From Alloascoidea hylecoeti (Eukaryota), in NCBI GenBank assembly GCA_001600815.1, contig BCKZ01000001.1, positions 602,613-666,612 of the forward strand: a stretch of 64,000 bases of DNA, written 5' to 3'. The notes beneath the pieces are model-generated. The model saw only the letters and a program-made list of their open reading frames with translations. It searched no databases and had not been told where the DNA came from. A program made the position numbers and the translations under genes. Of the stretch, positions 1 through 13,072 are shown in pieces. Each line of letters opens with the position of its first letter. Position 1 is the stretch's first letter.

Positions 1-2404
1 CATTAAGTAATCCCTTAATTCTTTCTCTATGCTTCAATTGTGTAAGATCCAAGCTCTTCAGCTCTAAACGCATCAAACCGATAGCTTCTATACCCTCCAA
101 GGTAATTGGAATGACCTCACATCTTGTTTTTTCGCCATGTTTAGCGGGTCTAATACCTTCGGCAAGGTCAGGTATATGTGGCTTAATAAGGTTAACTGGT
201 GAATCAGCATATAAAGTAGCAACCAACACGTCAACAATGAAAGACTGGTGCTCGTTTAGTACAATGTTTGCTCTATGCTTCTTTGGAATGGTTCTCTTTT
301 GAAAATTAACAACCACTCCCCAACCATATTCATCCTTTCCAATTTTGACCTTTATTACTCTACCTGGCTGTATAAATCGTAAAACATGAGTAGGGTGTGT
401 AATAACATGCCTAAAGTCTTCACCATATTTTGTTAATTGAGCCTTTAAGTCATAATATTCTTGAATTGTACCTTCATCCTCAATGACAGTCTCAGCTAAT
501 TTAGTATTAAAATCTGCTAGTTTTTTCTCTAAAACAGGGACCGCAGCAGCATTCTGAAATTGATAAAATGATCGTTCCAGCATGAATTCGGGTGAAATTC
601 CTTCGACTCTCATCAAATTCAAAATCATATTATATCCTAAATGGAAGGCGGAATCTAGTCTATCAGCTTCACCTTTAACCATTCCTTTAGCAACTTGAGG
701 TTCCATTTTTTCATCAATCATCATAATAACAATACCACGATCATCAAGACCACGACGACCTGCTCTTCCTGACATTTGAATATATTCACCACCAGAAACC
801 CAACGGAAATCTTTTCCATCCCATTTACGAACACTTGTAAAAACGACAGTTTTTGCAGGCATATTTAAACCGATTGAAAATGTTTCTGTTGCGAAAAGAA
901 CTTTTAAAAAACCTTCTTGGAAAAGAATTTCAATAATTTCTTTTAAAATTGGTAATAAACCGCTGTGATGAATACCAATACCACGTTTTAATAGGTTTAT
1001 TATCGAAGTGATTTGGGGTAATCCTTTATCAGAATCAGGTAATATACTAACTGCATTGTCGTAAATCTTTGTAAGAGCTTCTTTTTCTTCCTCAGTATTA
1101 AAATCTAGTTTACTCATTTTCAATGCTAAAGATTCACATTCACGTTTACTAAAACTAAAAACAATAACTGGATTGAATTTTTTGTTCCAGATCATTTTAA
1201 TAATCTTATAGATGTCTGACTTTCCATCTTGTTTACCACCTTTATAGCTTTGCCCCTTCTTTCCCCTTTTGGATTCAATTGCACCAGGGTCATCGCCCAT
1301 GTTATCACTAATAGAAGCCATTGCCTTTTGAAAGTTTTCTTCCCTAAAGCCCCCCTTTTCATCCACAACCAGATGAATACCATTGCCATTGGCAGGAAAT
1401 AAATAATGCTGTAATGGAGTTGGTCTAAAGTTTGTATAAACAACATGACATGGTTGTGTATGGATTTTACAAATCCATTCAGCAAATTCCATAGCATTAG
1501 GAATTGTAGCAGATAAAAATACATAATGAACAGCATCGGGCAATAAAATAATTGTTTCTTCCCAAACAACACCTCTTGCTTTATCTCTCATATAATGAAC
1601 TTCATCAAAAATAACCCATGCAACTTCTCTCATCATTTCTGATCCTCTATAGAGCATCGATCGTAAAATTTCAGTGGTCATAACAATGCAACCGGCATCT
1701 GGATTTATCGTAACATCACCTGTCATCAAACCAACATCTCCAAACTCAGCAGAAAGTTCACGATATTTCTGATTACTTAAAGCTTTAATTGGAGATGTAT
1801 AAATTACACGCTGTTTCTGTTGTAAACTCTGGGCGATGGCATATTCAGCAACAACTGTTTTTCCTGCAGATGTGTGAGCAGATACCAAAACACTCTCATT
1901 GCGATCAATACAAGATATCGAAGTATCTTGAAAAGGATCCAAAATAAAGGGGTATGTTCTTGCTTCATTTTGTCGCTGGTGCTGGCCAATTGGAATATAT
2001 TTATAACCTAGAGGCAAAGCAACTTGATGTCGGACAGAGTGAGATAAAACAACATTTTTGTCTTTATCTTCTCCTACCGCTGGTTTTGCAAGGAATCCAG
2101 CAGAAGCTACTACTTCTCTCTGAGCTTCTGTTTCAAAAGAATCCGTAACCACTGGCACCGTTTTCTTATCTTTTCCTTCTTCTTGAGAGTTTTCATCTTT
2201 GTCTTTGATAGCTATATCCGCAACCTTAAGCCTTTTATGTTCTTCGCTCACAGATGATGATGAACGAGGTCTTTTACTAATTGTATCATTATCAATAGCA
2301 TTCGATTTTGAAGTCTTGGATTTTTCTGTATTATATGAGTCTTTTTTAATTTGATCCAGCTTTACAGGTTCTTCATCGAAGATACCAAATAAATCGTTTT
2401 CCAT
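1..2404 (-). CDS. MTR4: Ski2-like DExH RNA helicase Mtr4/Dob1 (exosome/TRAMP cofactor); 3' part lies outside the window
   Basis: Hand translation from ATG at 2404 ([13 protein letters not shown]) stays open to the window edge, which explains its absence from the ORF track. Motifs: [50 protein letters not shown]. Confidence 0.95.
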   Translation of the reverse strand, partial: MENDLFGIFDEEPVKLDQIKKDSYNTEKSKTSKSNAIDNDTISKRPRSSSSVSEEHKRLKVADIAIKDKDENSQEEGKDKKTVPVVTDSFETEAQREVVASAGFLAKPAVGEDKDKNVVLSHSVRHQVALPLGYKYIPIGQHQRQNEARTYPFILDPFQDTSISCIDRNESVLVSAHTSAGKTVVAEYAIAQSLQQKQRVIYTSPIKALSNQKYRELSAEFGDVGLMTGDVTINPDAGCIVMTTEILRSMLYRGSEMMREVAWVIFDEVHYMRDKARGVVWEETIILLPDAVHYVFLSATIPNAMEFAEWICKIHTQPCHVVYTNFRPTPLQHYLFPANGNGIHLVVDEKGGFREENFQKAMASISDNMGDDPGAIESKRGKKGQSYKGGKQDGKSDIYKIIKMIWNKKFNPVIVFSFSKRECESLALKMSKLDFNTEEEKEALTKIYDNAVSILPDSDKGLPQITSIINLLKRGIGIHHSGLLPILKEIIEILFQEGFLKVLFATETFSIGLNMPAKTVVFTSVRKWDGKDFRWVSGGEYIQMSGRAGRRGLDDRGIVIMMIDEKMEPQVAKGMVKGEADRLDSAFHLGYNMILNLMRVEGISPEFMLERSFYQFQNAAAVPVLEKKLADFNTKLAETVIEDEGTIQEYYDLKAQLTKYGEDFRHVITHPTHVLRFIQPGRVIKVKIGKDEYGWGVVVNFQKRTIPKKHRANIVLNEHQSFIVDVLVATLYADSPVNLIKPHIPDLAEGIRPAKHGEKTRCEVIPITLEGIEAIGLMRLELKSLDLTQLKHRERIKGLLN

Positions 2405-3397
2405 TTTGAAAATCTGCAAGTGTTTTAAAAATGCTGAATAAATAAATTTGTTATAAAAAAATTTAAAAGTGTTCATGTCACATGATGCGATGGTTTAAAT
2501 ATTATTCACGTGATGATCAGGTCCTACATATAAATTAGAGTTGCTAAATATTATTCATAATTAGAGGAGATATATCAACTTGTAAATTTTCAAGTTATAG
2601 TTATTGTAATTAGTTGATCACCATTTACAGAAACATATATATATATATATATATTTCGTCTTCTTCTTTTTATTCTTCAAGATCTCTATCTATAGCTAAT
2701 TAATCATTAACGGGTTTAATTAAGCTCACTGTATATGCCGACAAGCATAAATAACGATGAACTTTATTTTCAGCATCTTTAATTTGTTATAAATAGCAAT
2801 AGCAGTGGCCTTTGAAATTGATAGAGAGTTGGATCCGGGAGAGTATAATTTTCAAACAATTATTTGGGGCGTGGTGAACCTGAGATTTCATCTCTGAAAT
2901 GGTCTGGTACTATATATAAGTATAACAAATATACTACACCTTTTAAAGGAAGCAGCACAGCATAAAAATAAGGAAATCCTTAACCAATGGCTTAAAAAAA
3001 AGAGTAAGGAAAATACTTGTATATGAATATACTTATATGTGAACAATTACAATTTACAACAGAGTTAAAGAATCACTATTATTGTCAATACAGTTTTTAA
3101 TGGCGAATTCAGAGTGGAAAAATTGTATGCATATCAACTAATCAAGTATATCCAAACTATTACATATGCAAGTTAAGTAGCGTGGGAAAATACCAAATGA
3201 TTTAATAGTCTATTCATATGCATATGCACATATAACTATCTGAAAAACAACTTCGAAGCGTGAAAGAATTCCTTTTTTTAGTGTGAACAAAAAATACTTT
3301 TTGCATTGATTTAGATTGATTGATCAATTCTGCCAAATTAGTGATTGAGGAGAAATCAAAATTAATTCGTCAAAAAATTTTAAAATAAATATATAAA

Positions 3398-3652
3398 GGT
3401 TATCTCCGAGAGGAAATTTTGAAGAAAGAAATAAAAACTGTCAATTAATCAGGTGGTGCTGCCGTACTTTTATAACTATTTCTGCAATCTGAAGTTTTTA
3501 AAGAAACAAATTTAAGCTATTCAAGCTGGAAAATTAATATTAATATTAGCATTTTGCAGGAAGTAATTACGAAATGCTTATATTATTATTTGCTAATTTT
3601 CCAGTTTGACAACTTTTTTTTTTGTCCCTTCAAAATCCTCGCGGAGATAACC
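3398..3652. repeat. Nested imperfect inverted repeat (fold-back / MITE-like relic)
   Basis: GGTTATCTCCGAGAGGAAATTTTGAAG...TGTCAA (3398-3444) matches the reverse complement of 3606-3652 (GGTTATCTCCGCGAGGATTTTGAAG...TGTCAA). Inner arms are CTGGAAAATTA...AGCATTT (3526-3554) and 3572-3604. Confidence 0.75.
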
Positions 3653-6600
3653 ATTTGTTGGCAAATTTTATTGACCATCAAGTATGCCACGAATTGATCT
3701 CACCTTAGCAACTAATTTTTATGACACAATGTTGAGCTTTCCAAAACTAAGAAATAGTAAGAAAGCTTAAATAAACATATTCTGATTGATTTAGAACAGC
3801 ATGCTGTTTTGCATGTACTGGTACAACATTTAAAAGGTTGTTCTAAATAATATTATAAAAATTTAAACAGTTTTGGTTGAATGAAGGGGAAAAAAGCAAA
3901 AGGGAGAGAATGTCTCTTAACAGCTCTAATTCTATACATATTAATTATATAAACTTTATACGTTATTGTATTATTTGTATTATGTCATTCTAAAATATAG
4001 TCAGTCTAACTCAGTTACAAATTTACATTCCTCGAAATTCTAGGTCAGCCATTATTTGCATAAATACAAATTATGTCATAATTAATGGTTTATTTATTTA
4101 TTTATGACCAGATGTAGAGATCAGATGCATTAATTTAATAGATTACTAGATGAAATGTCTCAATTTCTCACTTCTTATAGGTGAATGTATAAATGCTCTC
4201 GAGACTCGGATTTAATGATAATTAAACAGTTGAAGTAGACATTTCCAGGTCTCAAGACTCTTAAATCTCGATTGCAAGTATAATCCATTAACATTATAAT
4301 TAATTATTATATACATTAAGCTTTTTTAAATTTATATTTGTTTCAGCTGTAGCTAGATTGGATTAGACAATAATGATAAAAAAATATCTCAAGCTTAAAT
4401 ATAAGATATATTAGACAATGTATATAACTATTTATAAATATTCTGCACATGTGAAGCGGCTATCATTGAAACTATACCTTATAAATTTATGATAATTATA
4501 TAATTATATAACTTGAGTATAAATGAAATCTGGAGTATTGCGAAAGATTAATTATATAAAGCTTAATAAGTAGCTATAAACGTTAACATACCTTATAAAT
4601 ATAACTTATTTGGTTCTAGATCCAAAGTTTTACAATTAAGAAGGGCTAACAACCCACATACTTTGAGGGGTAGGGTGTTAATTACTATAACTGTTATATT
4701 TCAAGTTAAACGGGCTTGAATATGATTAATCGTTATATTAATTAACCGCTGTGTAGTTTTCTTTATTGATGTTAAATATGATCGGAAGTTTACAAATTCA
4801 TGATGATTAAATATTCTAGAAATTAAAGTGTCATATATTGTCAGATTTAGACACATTTCTCTCTCCCCTAGTTATACATTTCTTATATAATTATAAATTT
4901 AAATTGAAGAGTTTCACGTTTCATAATTGCAATTGCAATTGCAATAATTTATAATTAGCAGAAAACCAGAACGTGAAGACAAATTTCATCATCCCACTGT
5001 TTCTTCTAGATCTTATTCATGTCAAGATAAATATATAAGTACAAAATCGCGCACCCAGGCGTTGTTTCAACAGATAGTTATAGGCTATATGCTATCCATA
5101 TCAAAATAAGAATTACCACGAATCTTTTATTGGAATATAGATCTCATAAGACAAAGCTAGTATAATATAATGGTATACGTGTAGCTTAGATTTATAGCAT
5201 TAATAGATATTTTAAGCATATTTTATTCATGTAATATTGGAGCTAGATCAACATAAATTTTTGCTATTTTTTCAATTTCTATTTTTCAATTTCTATTGGT
5301 TCTATATCTTACAAGTTACAACTTATTAGTGTGTATTATGAACTAGTACAATCCAGTAATTCTGGTAATTATTCTCTTTCTAGTTAATTCTGGCTAGTGC
5401 GCTATCTTTTCTATTAAAAACCGAGTCACATAACTAATTCTTTGAGAGCGGATACATGTTTACCCTTTAACCCTTACATAGACTTTAATTCTAATTCTAA
5501 ATATGAGATTTTCAAAATACAAACAAAATTAATACATGTATATCGATCTGGTTTTCCCTTGAGCTCAAGCTCAAATTTAAACTGGAACTCATCGATCCAA
5601 TATTGAGATTTTTTATGCTGCGGAGTCCGCGCACGTTATATGTAATACTGCAACTATTCGAATATTCGAATATTCCAATTTCCAAACCATCACAATTATT
5701 GATCATGTAATTATATAAGCATGGACGTCGATATCGATAGATACATAGGTTCTTATAACTAACACAAATATATACCGGTACCAATTAAAGGGACTAATAA
5801 AAGTGGAAGAAGCTTATAACAGATCAACAGGAAAATAAAAAACTAATAAAGGAAATTCTTGCTAATATGGGGTTAGAATTCGAATATATCAAATGAATCT
5901 AATTATAAATAGTGTGGAGAAATTTACCAATAACAGCACTATAAATATGATCTATTTACCGATAATCAATCATGCGATCATACTCCGACCGTACGCGTGA
6001 GGGTATTAAAAAGATAAGCTTTTTATATTTAAGACCTGCAATTGTAATATTGTAAATTTGGTACATTAAAAATTTAAATAAAAGAAAAAGAGGTTAATTA
6101 TTTCCATCATAAATCTCATGTCCAATCATATCTTTCAATCACGTCTATCTGTATCACATTAGTTCTGTATACATACATAACGTCCATATGCATTATTATG
6201 ATTAGATCCTTTTGCTATAGGTCTGAATTTTACCAATCCTTGTGCTTTTTGTTTTATCACGGGCTTAATGATATTATCAACACTGGTTGAAGAGTTAGGA
6301 TTGACGGGTGACATTATAGCAGTAAAATTGTCCCAGAATTGAATAGAGTTTCCTCAATTAATTCAATCACATAATATACCGTATAACCCCTTTATCTCTA
6401 ACAAATTTCGGTTTCCTTTACAATGTTTAAACTTCAAATTTTCACTTCTCAGGATCCTGATTAACACATGATCACTTTAGGAGTTGCAATAATTGATTAA
6501 TTATGATTAGCATAACGATTACTACTGATTCAGTTGCAATTGAGGTTAACGCTACAGCCACGTTAACACTACACGTTATAGTGATTTAGTAGTCGAGTAA

Positions 6601-7979
6601 GTATCGGAATTGAAATTGTTGTAGTGACGAATCACTAACGATTATACGACCCATCAATCGATTTATTTATTATCATTTAGTGAAATATTTCAGTTTATTT
6701 CCCAATTTCAGCAGCAAAGAAAAGGAGATTTAGATAGTTGGAGAGATGATCATCAAGATAGGTCACAAATCGTAAGTATTATTAATTAGATTATCGGTAG
6801 TAAATATGAAGGCAATCTATTGATCTCTTATAACTTTAGCAGATTCATATCATCTAATTCACGATAGCGCTCGTATAAATTTAATGAAAAGATATCGAAA
6901 ATATACCAACCATAGTTAAAAGGTCATTGCAATTATATGTAGTATTCAAACTATTTTATATTTTATGAGAGATGAAATTGAAGATGAAAATTTATTATAG
7001 CGCTCTGGTAAAATGATTCGATGAGAAAGAAATCTTTCAATATATATCATGATCAAACTGCAGAACTGATGCAAAAGATTAAATTTGGGGTAAGAAAATT
7101 AAAATGAAAGATCTTCAAATGTGTTATTATAATTCTTAGATTATAATTAAGTGTCATATTTGTTTTTATTAGGTAAAATCCAAGATTATTTATATATTTA
7201 TTAAATAACATTTTGAAGTATAATTGTTAATAATCCCCTTATGGCCAAAAAGGATCGGGTCATAATTTGGATATTATTAATATTTTCCTTTTGCTGTTAT
7301 CTTTATTATAAAGTTTAAGATGTAATTGGTTACGTTCATTGAGCAACGTTGTAATAATGTAAATTTAAATAACAAATAAAATTAAGTGCTCATCATGATA
7401 TTTAACTTGCAATTGATTCGAGATTCTTTAACTTGTAAGAAATATCTCAGATCCTTATCATTTTCCGATAATCTAAGACTATTCTTTTCCGATACTCCAA
7501 GACATGATAATATTCCTAATAGCAACGTAAGTATCTAGACAATTGTAAGATGGGGACTATTAACAACAACCCCGGAAAGATTGCAGGGTTAGAGTTCGCT
7601 AACAATTTAGCAACAAATATAAATGATTGTTATCCGCATAAATATACCTGTGCGATATCTATGCGGGAGTCCCCCTATCATGTTCTTGTAACATGTAATA
7701 AACACAAATAAGGCCATATTCTGCCATTTCAGAACGCATTTTATAATTTTCATGTATAATTTCCATGGTCATAGATGATCCGCCCTTTCTCTTTCACCTT
7801 TCTCTTTTCCTTTTAGCGTTTTGCCGGTTGGCGTCCACGTGACCCACATGAGGTCATTTTGAAATTAAATTGAAACTTATTATTAATAAGAGTCCGGTAC
7901 GTCCAGTTATAAAAGTCAGAAATCACCATTTTCCACTTTACCATTTTCTAGAAGATCTCTCTCACAAACAGCTACTCTA

Positions 7980-9563
7980 ATGTCTTTCTATATGCCTATA
8001 CCCTATGCGCTAGATCGCACCTTCTACCCCAAACAGCAGGGACAGCAGCAGCATTCCAGAGCTACTTCCTTTACGCTGGCTACCGATATCCCCAACCCTC
8101 TTCCTCAGAACACAATCAGAAAAGCTAGAGCTACCGTTTTTGGCCGTGATCCAGCTGCCCAGTTAAATATCTCAAGAATCCCCCATCATAGTCCAAACAA
8201 AAAGCATCTCCCTGTCTCGAAGAGATACAAGGTTCTTTCGGATCAACTGGGTGAAGGTATTGGTGGCCGTGTCCGTCTAATAAAAAGACTCTCCGATAAT
8301 AAATTATTTGCTCTGAAAGAATTTAAACAAAAGGATCGTTCAGAAACACAAAGAGATTACAAGAAAAAAGTTGGTGCAGAATATACAATCGGATCTACTT
8401 TAAAACATCAAAATATAATAAAAACAATCGAAATAAATCATGAAAGTAATAAGATTTATCAAATCCTCGAGTATGGCGATTATGACTTATATGCTTTAGT
8501 TAGATCTGAAAGAATGTCTCTTGAGGAGAAGTATTGTTGTTTTAAACAACTATGTAATGGTGTTCATTATTTGCATCATACCGGTCTTGCACACCGTGAC
8601 TTGAAACTCGATAACTGTGTTGTTAATAAGTATGGTATTGTAAAGATTATCGACTTTGGTGCTGCTGTAGTATTCAACTACCCTTATTCCGAAAATACTA
8701 TTCAAGCAACTGGAGTTGTCGGTTCTGAACCTTATTTGGCCCCTGAAGAAAAAATGAACCCCTCTTATGATCCAAGATGTGTTGATATATGGGCCCTTGG
8801 TATCATTTTATTTACAATGCTAACCAATCATTTTGCATGGGATTCACCAACTGCAGATGATGAATTCTTTAAAAGTTTTATAACAAGAAAAGGTAAGGAA
8901 ACTTTATTTGAAGCTTTAAAAAGATCATCAGAAACAACTATTAATGGTCCACTTGCAAACCCAAAATATACTGATGTTTCATCGTCCGAAGAAGAAGAAA
9001 GTATAAATGAACCAGAACAAAAAGAAACTGAAAATTATCAACCTACAATGACTTCTGCTGGTAGTGTACTCATTTATGATCAATATTGTACTGAAGGAGG
9101 AAATGATGTTGCCTTTGATGAATCCAGTATTGATTCTGAACCTAATTATGAATATGGATCTAATTCTTGCAACCCTAATACATCATTAGGTAGTCTTACT
9201 TCAGCTAATAGCCTTCCAATCAACAACAGTAATAATGATACTACAGCTACACCAGGTTCAAAACATCATATTTCTTATTGGACACGATACTCTCCACCAA
9301 CGCGAGCAGAGGAACGTTTACTAGTATCTCTTCCAGAAGAAACTCATTTTGTTTTCAGAGGAATGCTTGCTTTAGCTCCTTGTGATAGATTATCTATTGA
9401 TGAAATTTTACATGATGATTGGATGAGAATGGTTCAAATTTGTACTGAATTTCATGATAAAGAACGTCATGAACATAAAATTATTTCAGCTAAAAATCAT
9501 AAACATATTCAATTAGATAAATCAGAAGCTCACATTGCAAATTTAATTGATACTTCGAGATAG
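7980..9563 (+). CDS. Ser/Thr protein kinase, Sat4/Hal4-Hal5 subfamily
   Basis: GEGIGG loop, ALKEF, AEYTIGSTLKH, HRDLKLDNCVV, DFGAAVVFNYP, VGSEPYLAPE. Confidence 0.88.
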   Translation: MSFYMPIPYALDRTFYPKQQGQQQHSRATSFTLATDIPNPLPQNTIRKARATVFGRDPAAQLNISRIPHHSPNKKHLPVSKRYKVLSDQLGEGIGGRVRLIKRLSDNKLFALKEFKQKDRSETQRDYKKKVGAEYTIGSTLKHQNIIKTIEINHESNKIYQILEYGDYDLYALVRSERMSLEEKYCCFKQLCNGVHYLHHTGLAHRDLKLDNCVVNKYGIVKIIDFGAAVVFNYPYSENTIQATGVVGSEPYLAPEEKMNPSYDPRCVDIWALGIILFTMLTNHFAWDSPTADDEFFKSFITRKGKETLFEALKRSSETTINGPLANPKYTDVSSSEEEESINEPEQKETENYQPTMTSAGSVLIYDQYCTEGGNDVAFDESSIDSEPNYEYGSNSCNPNTSLGSLTSANSLPINNSNNDTTATPGSKHHISYWTRYSPPTRAEERLLVSLPEETHFVFRGMLALAPCDRLSIDEILHDDWMRMVQICTEFHDKERHEHKIISAKNHKHIQLDKSEAHIANLIDTSR

Positions 9564-9856
9564 TAGAAGCGTTACTTTTACTTATCAATCAACCAACCAG
9601 CCAAACAATTAATCAATAATCAAATGGACTTTCGCCATAGTAATTTTAATGTTTTATATACTATTTTTTCAAAATTTTTATTTGTTAACTTTTTACTTTT
9701 ACTTTGCATCATCACAAAAAAAAATATGAATTTTCATCATTAATTTAAATGACAATTTCTTTTCTTTTTTTTTTTTTTTTTTATTATCATTGTTACCTTT
9801 TTATTTGTTAAAATTTAATTCCTTTACTTCCAACAGTGTTGGTTGACGTTTCCATG

Positions 9857-9883
9857 AAAGAGAGAAAGAGAGAAAGAGAGAAA
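9857..9883. repeat. Short AG-rich heptamer tandem (AGAGAAA)n
   Basis: aaagagagaaagagagaaagagagaaag. Confidence 0.7.
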
Positions 9884-10642
9884 GCTTAAGAAAAAAAAAT
9901 GTAATTTAAAATTTCAATTACAAATGTATCCAAAAATGAAAAAAAGTCTTCAATTATATTAATTATATCTTATATATTATGTTACAGTTTTATTCATTTT
10001 ATGTTAAAGAGAAATGGGATTTCTTAGTTGATGTTTTGTTTCTAATTTTTATAATAATAATATTAGCTATGTATAAAAGCCTTTAAGTAAACTTTAGCTA
10101 TATTAATATATTAAAGATAGTTTTAGTGGAGTGTATACTTCTTATTTAATAACTCATTTTCTAAAAATACAGATTTTGTTTAGTAACTTCAAGATCTAGA
10201 TCTGAATCACCAAGTTTAGGATCCATTTGGACCGCGATGTTTTCTCGTCAGGGCTTAGTATTGTACACAGTTTATAGAGTCAGGTGAGAAGATCCGATAG
10301 TTCCTTTTAGCTGTTTTCCAGGCACTGGCAGGCAGTAATGAAACAACATTTCAACTCATACAGTATACACAAATGGTCTACTATTAATTAACTCCTTATC
10401 ATAATTAAACAATTTATTTAAATGTCAGTGAAACATTTTGCAAATTGGATGATTAAGACCTCGGCTTGTACATTTTATGTTGTTACGGTGGGCTGAGAAT
10501 TTAAGCCCAAACACCACAAATGTATGATTACAACTTCTTTTTGCATTCAATTCAACCCCAATTCTAAACCAAATCAACCCCAAATCAACAAATATACACT
10601 TTTTTATCAGCTACCAACAGCAGGCAATAACAATTATCCATT

Positions 10643-12694
10643 ATGCTATCACCGACGGCCGGAAATAATCCAGATCTATCACAGCCGAATACTCTTTCTT
10701 CGAAATCCTCGACCTCTGGTCTTACACCAAAGGAATCAACGGCAGACACTAATAATAATAGTAATGATCATAATTCGTCCGGAAATGAAATACTTCCAGC
10801 AAGTTCTCCAGATCTGTTAAAAGATGAGTCCATAGCTAAAGTTATTAATTCAGATATAGGGTTTGATGTTTTACTTGGCAGATTAAAACAGAGTATAAAT
10901 ATGTGTGAAGAATTATCAAGATTTGTTAAGAAAAAAGGTCAACAACAGGATGAATTTGATATACAAACTAAAAAACTGAGTCGTCATTTGAAAGACGCTT
11001 TAAACAATACGAGTAAAGAACTTAAAAAAGATAGTTTTACTGAACAATTAGAAGAATTAGTATCATTTGATGATAAATTAACAACAATCCATGCATCATA
11101 TTCAACAGCACTTTATGTAATGGCTGACGAATTAACAGCATTAGCAACAACAATTTCAAAACAAAGAAAACAAGTTAAAGATGATGGTAGGAAAAGAGAA
11201 AAAGATGCTTTTGATGCTACACAAGCAGCTGAAAAGGCAAAATCAAGATATAATCAATTATGGAATGATTTAGAAAAATTACAATCTACTGACCTTTCTA
11301 AAAAAAGTTTTACTTTGAAAGGATCAAAAACAGGAACTCAACAAGAAGAAGAATTGAAAAGAAAAATTGAAAATGCCGATAATGAGTATAAATCACGAGT
11401 TGTAACAGCTCAGAGATTACAACAAGAATTAACAGCTTTATATCGACCAGTTAATTGTAAACATTTAAAAGAGCTGATTTTAGAAATCGATGTTGCAATG
11501 AGTGTTCAACTACAGAAATACGCAACCTGGCACGAAACTCTAGTGATGCAGTCTGGGGTTCTTATTGCTCCGGTCAACCCTAATAATAAACTTCATTCGA
11601 TGAGAGCTGTTGCTGCTTCCATTGACAATGAAAAAGATCTATACAGCTATATTATGAAATACCAAAGCAAAGCTGTCGTTAAAAAATTATCCCAAGTTGA
11701 ATACAAGCCACATGGTCCTTCTGTTACAGAACAATACTCTTCCTCAGCTTATCAGAGACAACAAAATTTCAATAATCGACAACAACAACAACCCTTGCCA
11801 CAGACACATCAAACATCAGTAGTAAAACCTCCAACTAGCCCTTATACACCCCAATCTTCTACTATTAAAGCAAATAACTTTTCTACTTCGATTCAACCTC
11901 AAGTTCAACCTCAAGTTCAACCTCAAGCTCAAGTCCGGCCTCCAGATCCATATACCGCTCCACCATACCTGCCAACTGTAAATACGCAATTAGAATCTTC
12001 AATGCTTAATGGACCTAGGCCCATTTCTCCCGGAAATAATCTCTCACCTTCAAACTCCTCAGGTTTACCTCCAGGAACAGCAGCTAATCCCATAACATTT
12101 GGTACATCTATTGATTTAGTTGTTGAACTTGATGGAGAAATGGTCCCTAATGTGGTCACAAAATGTATTGAAGTAATTGATGAATATGGTATAGAACTAG
12201 AAGGTATTTATCGAACAAATGGTAATGCATCAAAAGTTCAAAACTTGAGAGAATTAATTGATCAAAATCCTGCAAATATTTCACTTATTACACCTTCTAG
12301 TAGTTCAATGGAAGGTGAAATATATTGTGTTGCTTCTTTACTAAAATTATATTTTGCGTCTTTACCCGAACCTTTATTAACTAGAGCTCTTTATCCTCGG
12401 TTCATGGAAGCAGCCAAAATCCAACAAACTGAATTACGTGAGAAAAGGTTACATCAAGCTGTATTTGATTTACCAGATGGAAGTTATTGGACACTAAGAA
12501 GTCTTGTCTTTCATTTATTACGCGTTCAAAAGAAGCAAGATATCAATCGAATGTCTGCAAGGAATTTAGGCATCGTTTGGGGTCCTACATTACTACCAAG
12601 TGATGTTGTATCCGCTGGTGATATGAGTTATCAAGGGAAAGTTATTGAAGAGATTATGTTATTCGCTAATGATATTTTTGAACCTGAAGAATAA
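10643..12694 (+). CDS. RGD1: F-BAR/FCH plus RhoGAP protein Rgd1
   Basis: N-terminal F-BAR (DIGFDVLLGRLKQSI), Q/P-rich linker with (QPQV)x3, C-terminal RhoGAP (EGIYRTNG, LLKLYFASLPEPL, NRMSARNLGIVWGPTL). Confidence 0.9.
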   Translation: MLSPTAGNNPDLSQPNTLSSKSSTSGLTPKESTADTNNNSNDHNSSGNEILPASSPDLLKDESIAKVINSDIGFDVLLGRLKQSINMCEELSRFVKKKGQQQDEFDIQTKKLSRHLKDALNNTSKELKKDSFTEQLEELVSFDDKLTTIHASYSTALYVMADELTALATTISKQRKQVKDDGRKREKDAFDATQAAEKAKSRYNQLWNDLEKLQSTDLSKKSFTLKGSKTGTQQEEELKRKIENADNEYKSRVVTAQRLQQELTALYRPVNCKHLKELILEIDVAMSVQLQKYATWHETLVMQSGVLIAPVNPNNKLHSMRAVAASIDNEKDLYSYIMKYQSKAVVKKLSQVEYKPHGPSVTEQYSSSAYQRQQNFNNRQQQQPLPQTHQTSVVKPPTSPYTPQSSTIKANNFSTSIQPQVQPQVQPQAQVRPPDPYTAPPYLPTVNTQLESSMLNGPRPISPGNNLSPSNSSGLPPGTAANPITFGTSIDLVVELDGEMVPNVVTKCIEVIDEYGIELEGIYRTNGNASKVQNLRELIDQNPANISLITPSSSSMEGEIYCVASLLKLYFASLPEPLLTRALYPRFMEAAKIQQTELREKRLHQAVFDLPDGSYWTLRSLVFHLLRVQKKQDINRMSARNLGIVWGPTLLPSDVVSAGDMSYQGKVIEEIMLFANDIFEPEE

Positions 12695-13072
12695 AAAAGG
12701 TAAACAATTTTTTTTACTTCATTGTCAACCTCATTTGTGACTTGACTAAATATAATCATTAAAAATGTCACTATACACTTTGTCTTTCTTGTAACAAGTA
12801 TATATTTTCTTTCACTCTAAATTAACTTGAAAATTATTTATTATTCTAAAATACAATTTATTTATAAACCAAATAAACTTTTATATATAATATAACATTA
12901 ACTTTAATTCAAAAATTGCATATGAATCTAACTATTTGCATATTCATTTTCATTATTCGTTATATGCGCACACGCATCTGTAGAATACTACAAGTTTCAT
13001 CATCTTGTAACCATCCCATAGAACGCTTTATCTGCAAATGAGAAGTGAGTAATATTCTTGTAGTTCAATAGA

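Noticed and set aside
111..2148. Short track ORFs 111-302, 1192-1572, 1804-1989 and 1954-2148
   Set aside because: They are alternative-frame or antisense shadows of MTR4.
10487..10516. Hairpin GGTGGGCTGAGAATTTAAGCCCAAACACC containing CTGAGA, as in TPP riboswitches
   Set aside because: It lacks the remaining TPP aptamer consensus, and the adjacent gene (RGD1) is unrelated to thiamine metabolism.
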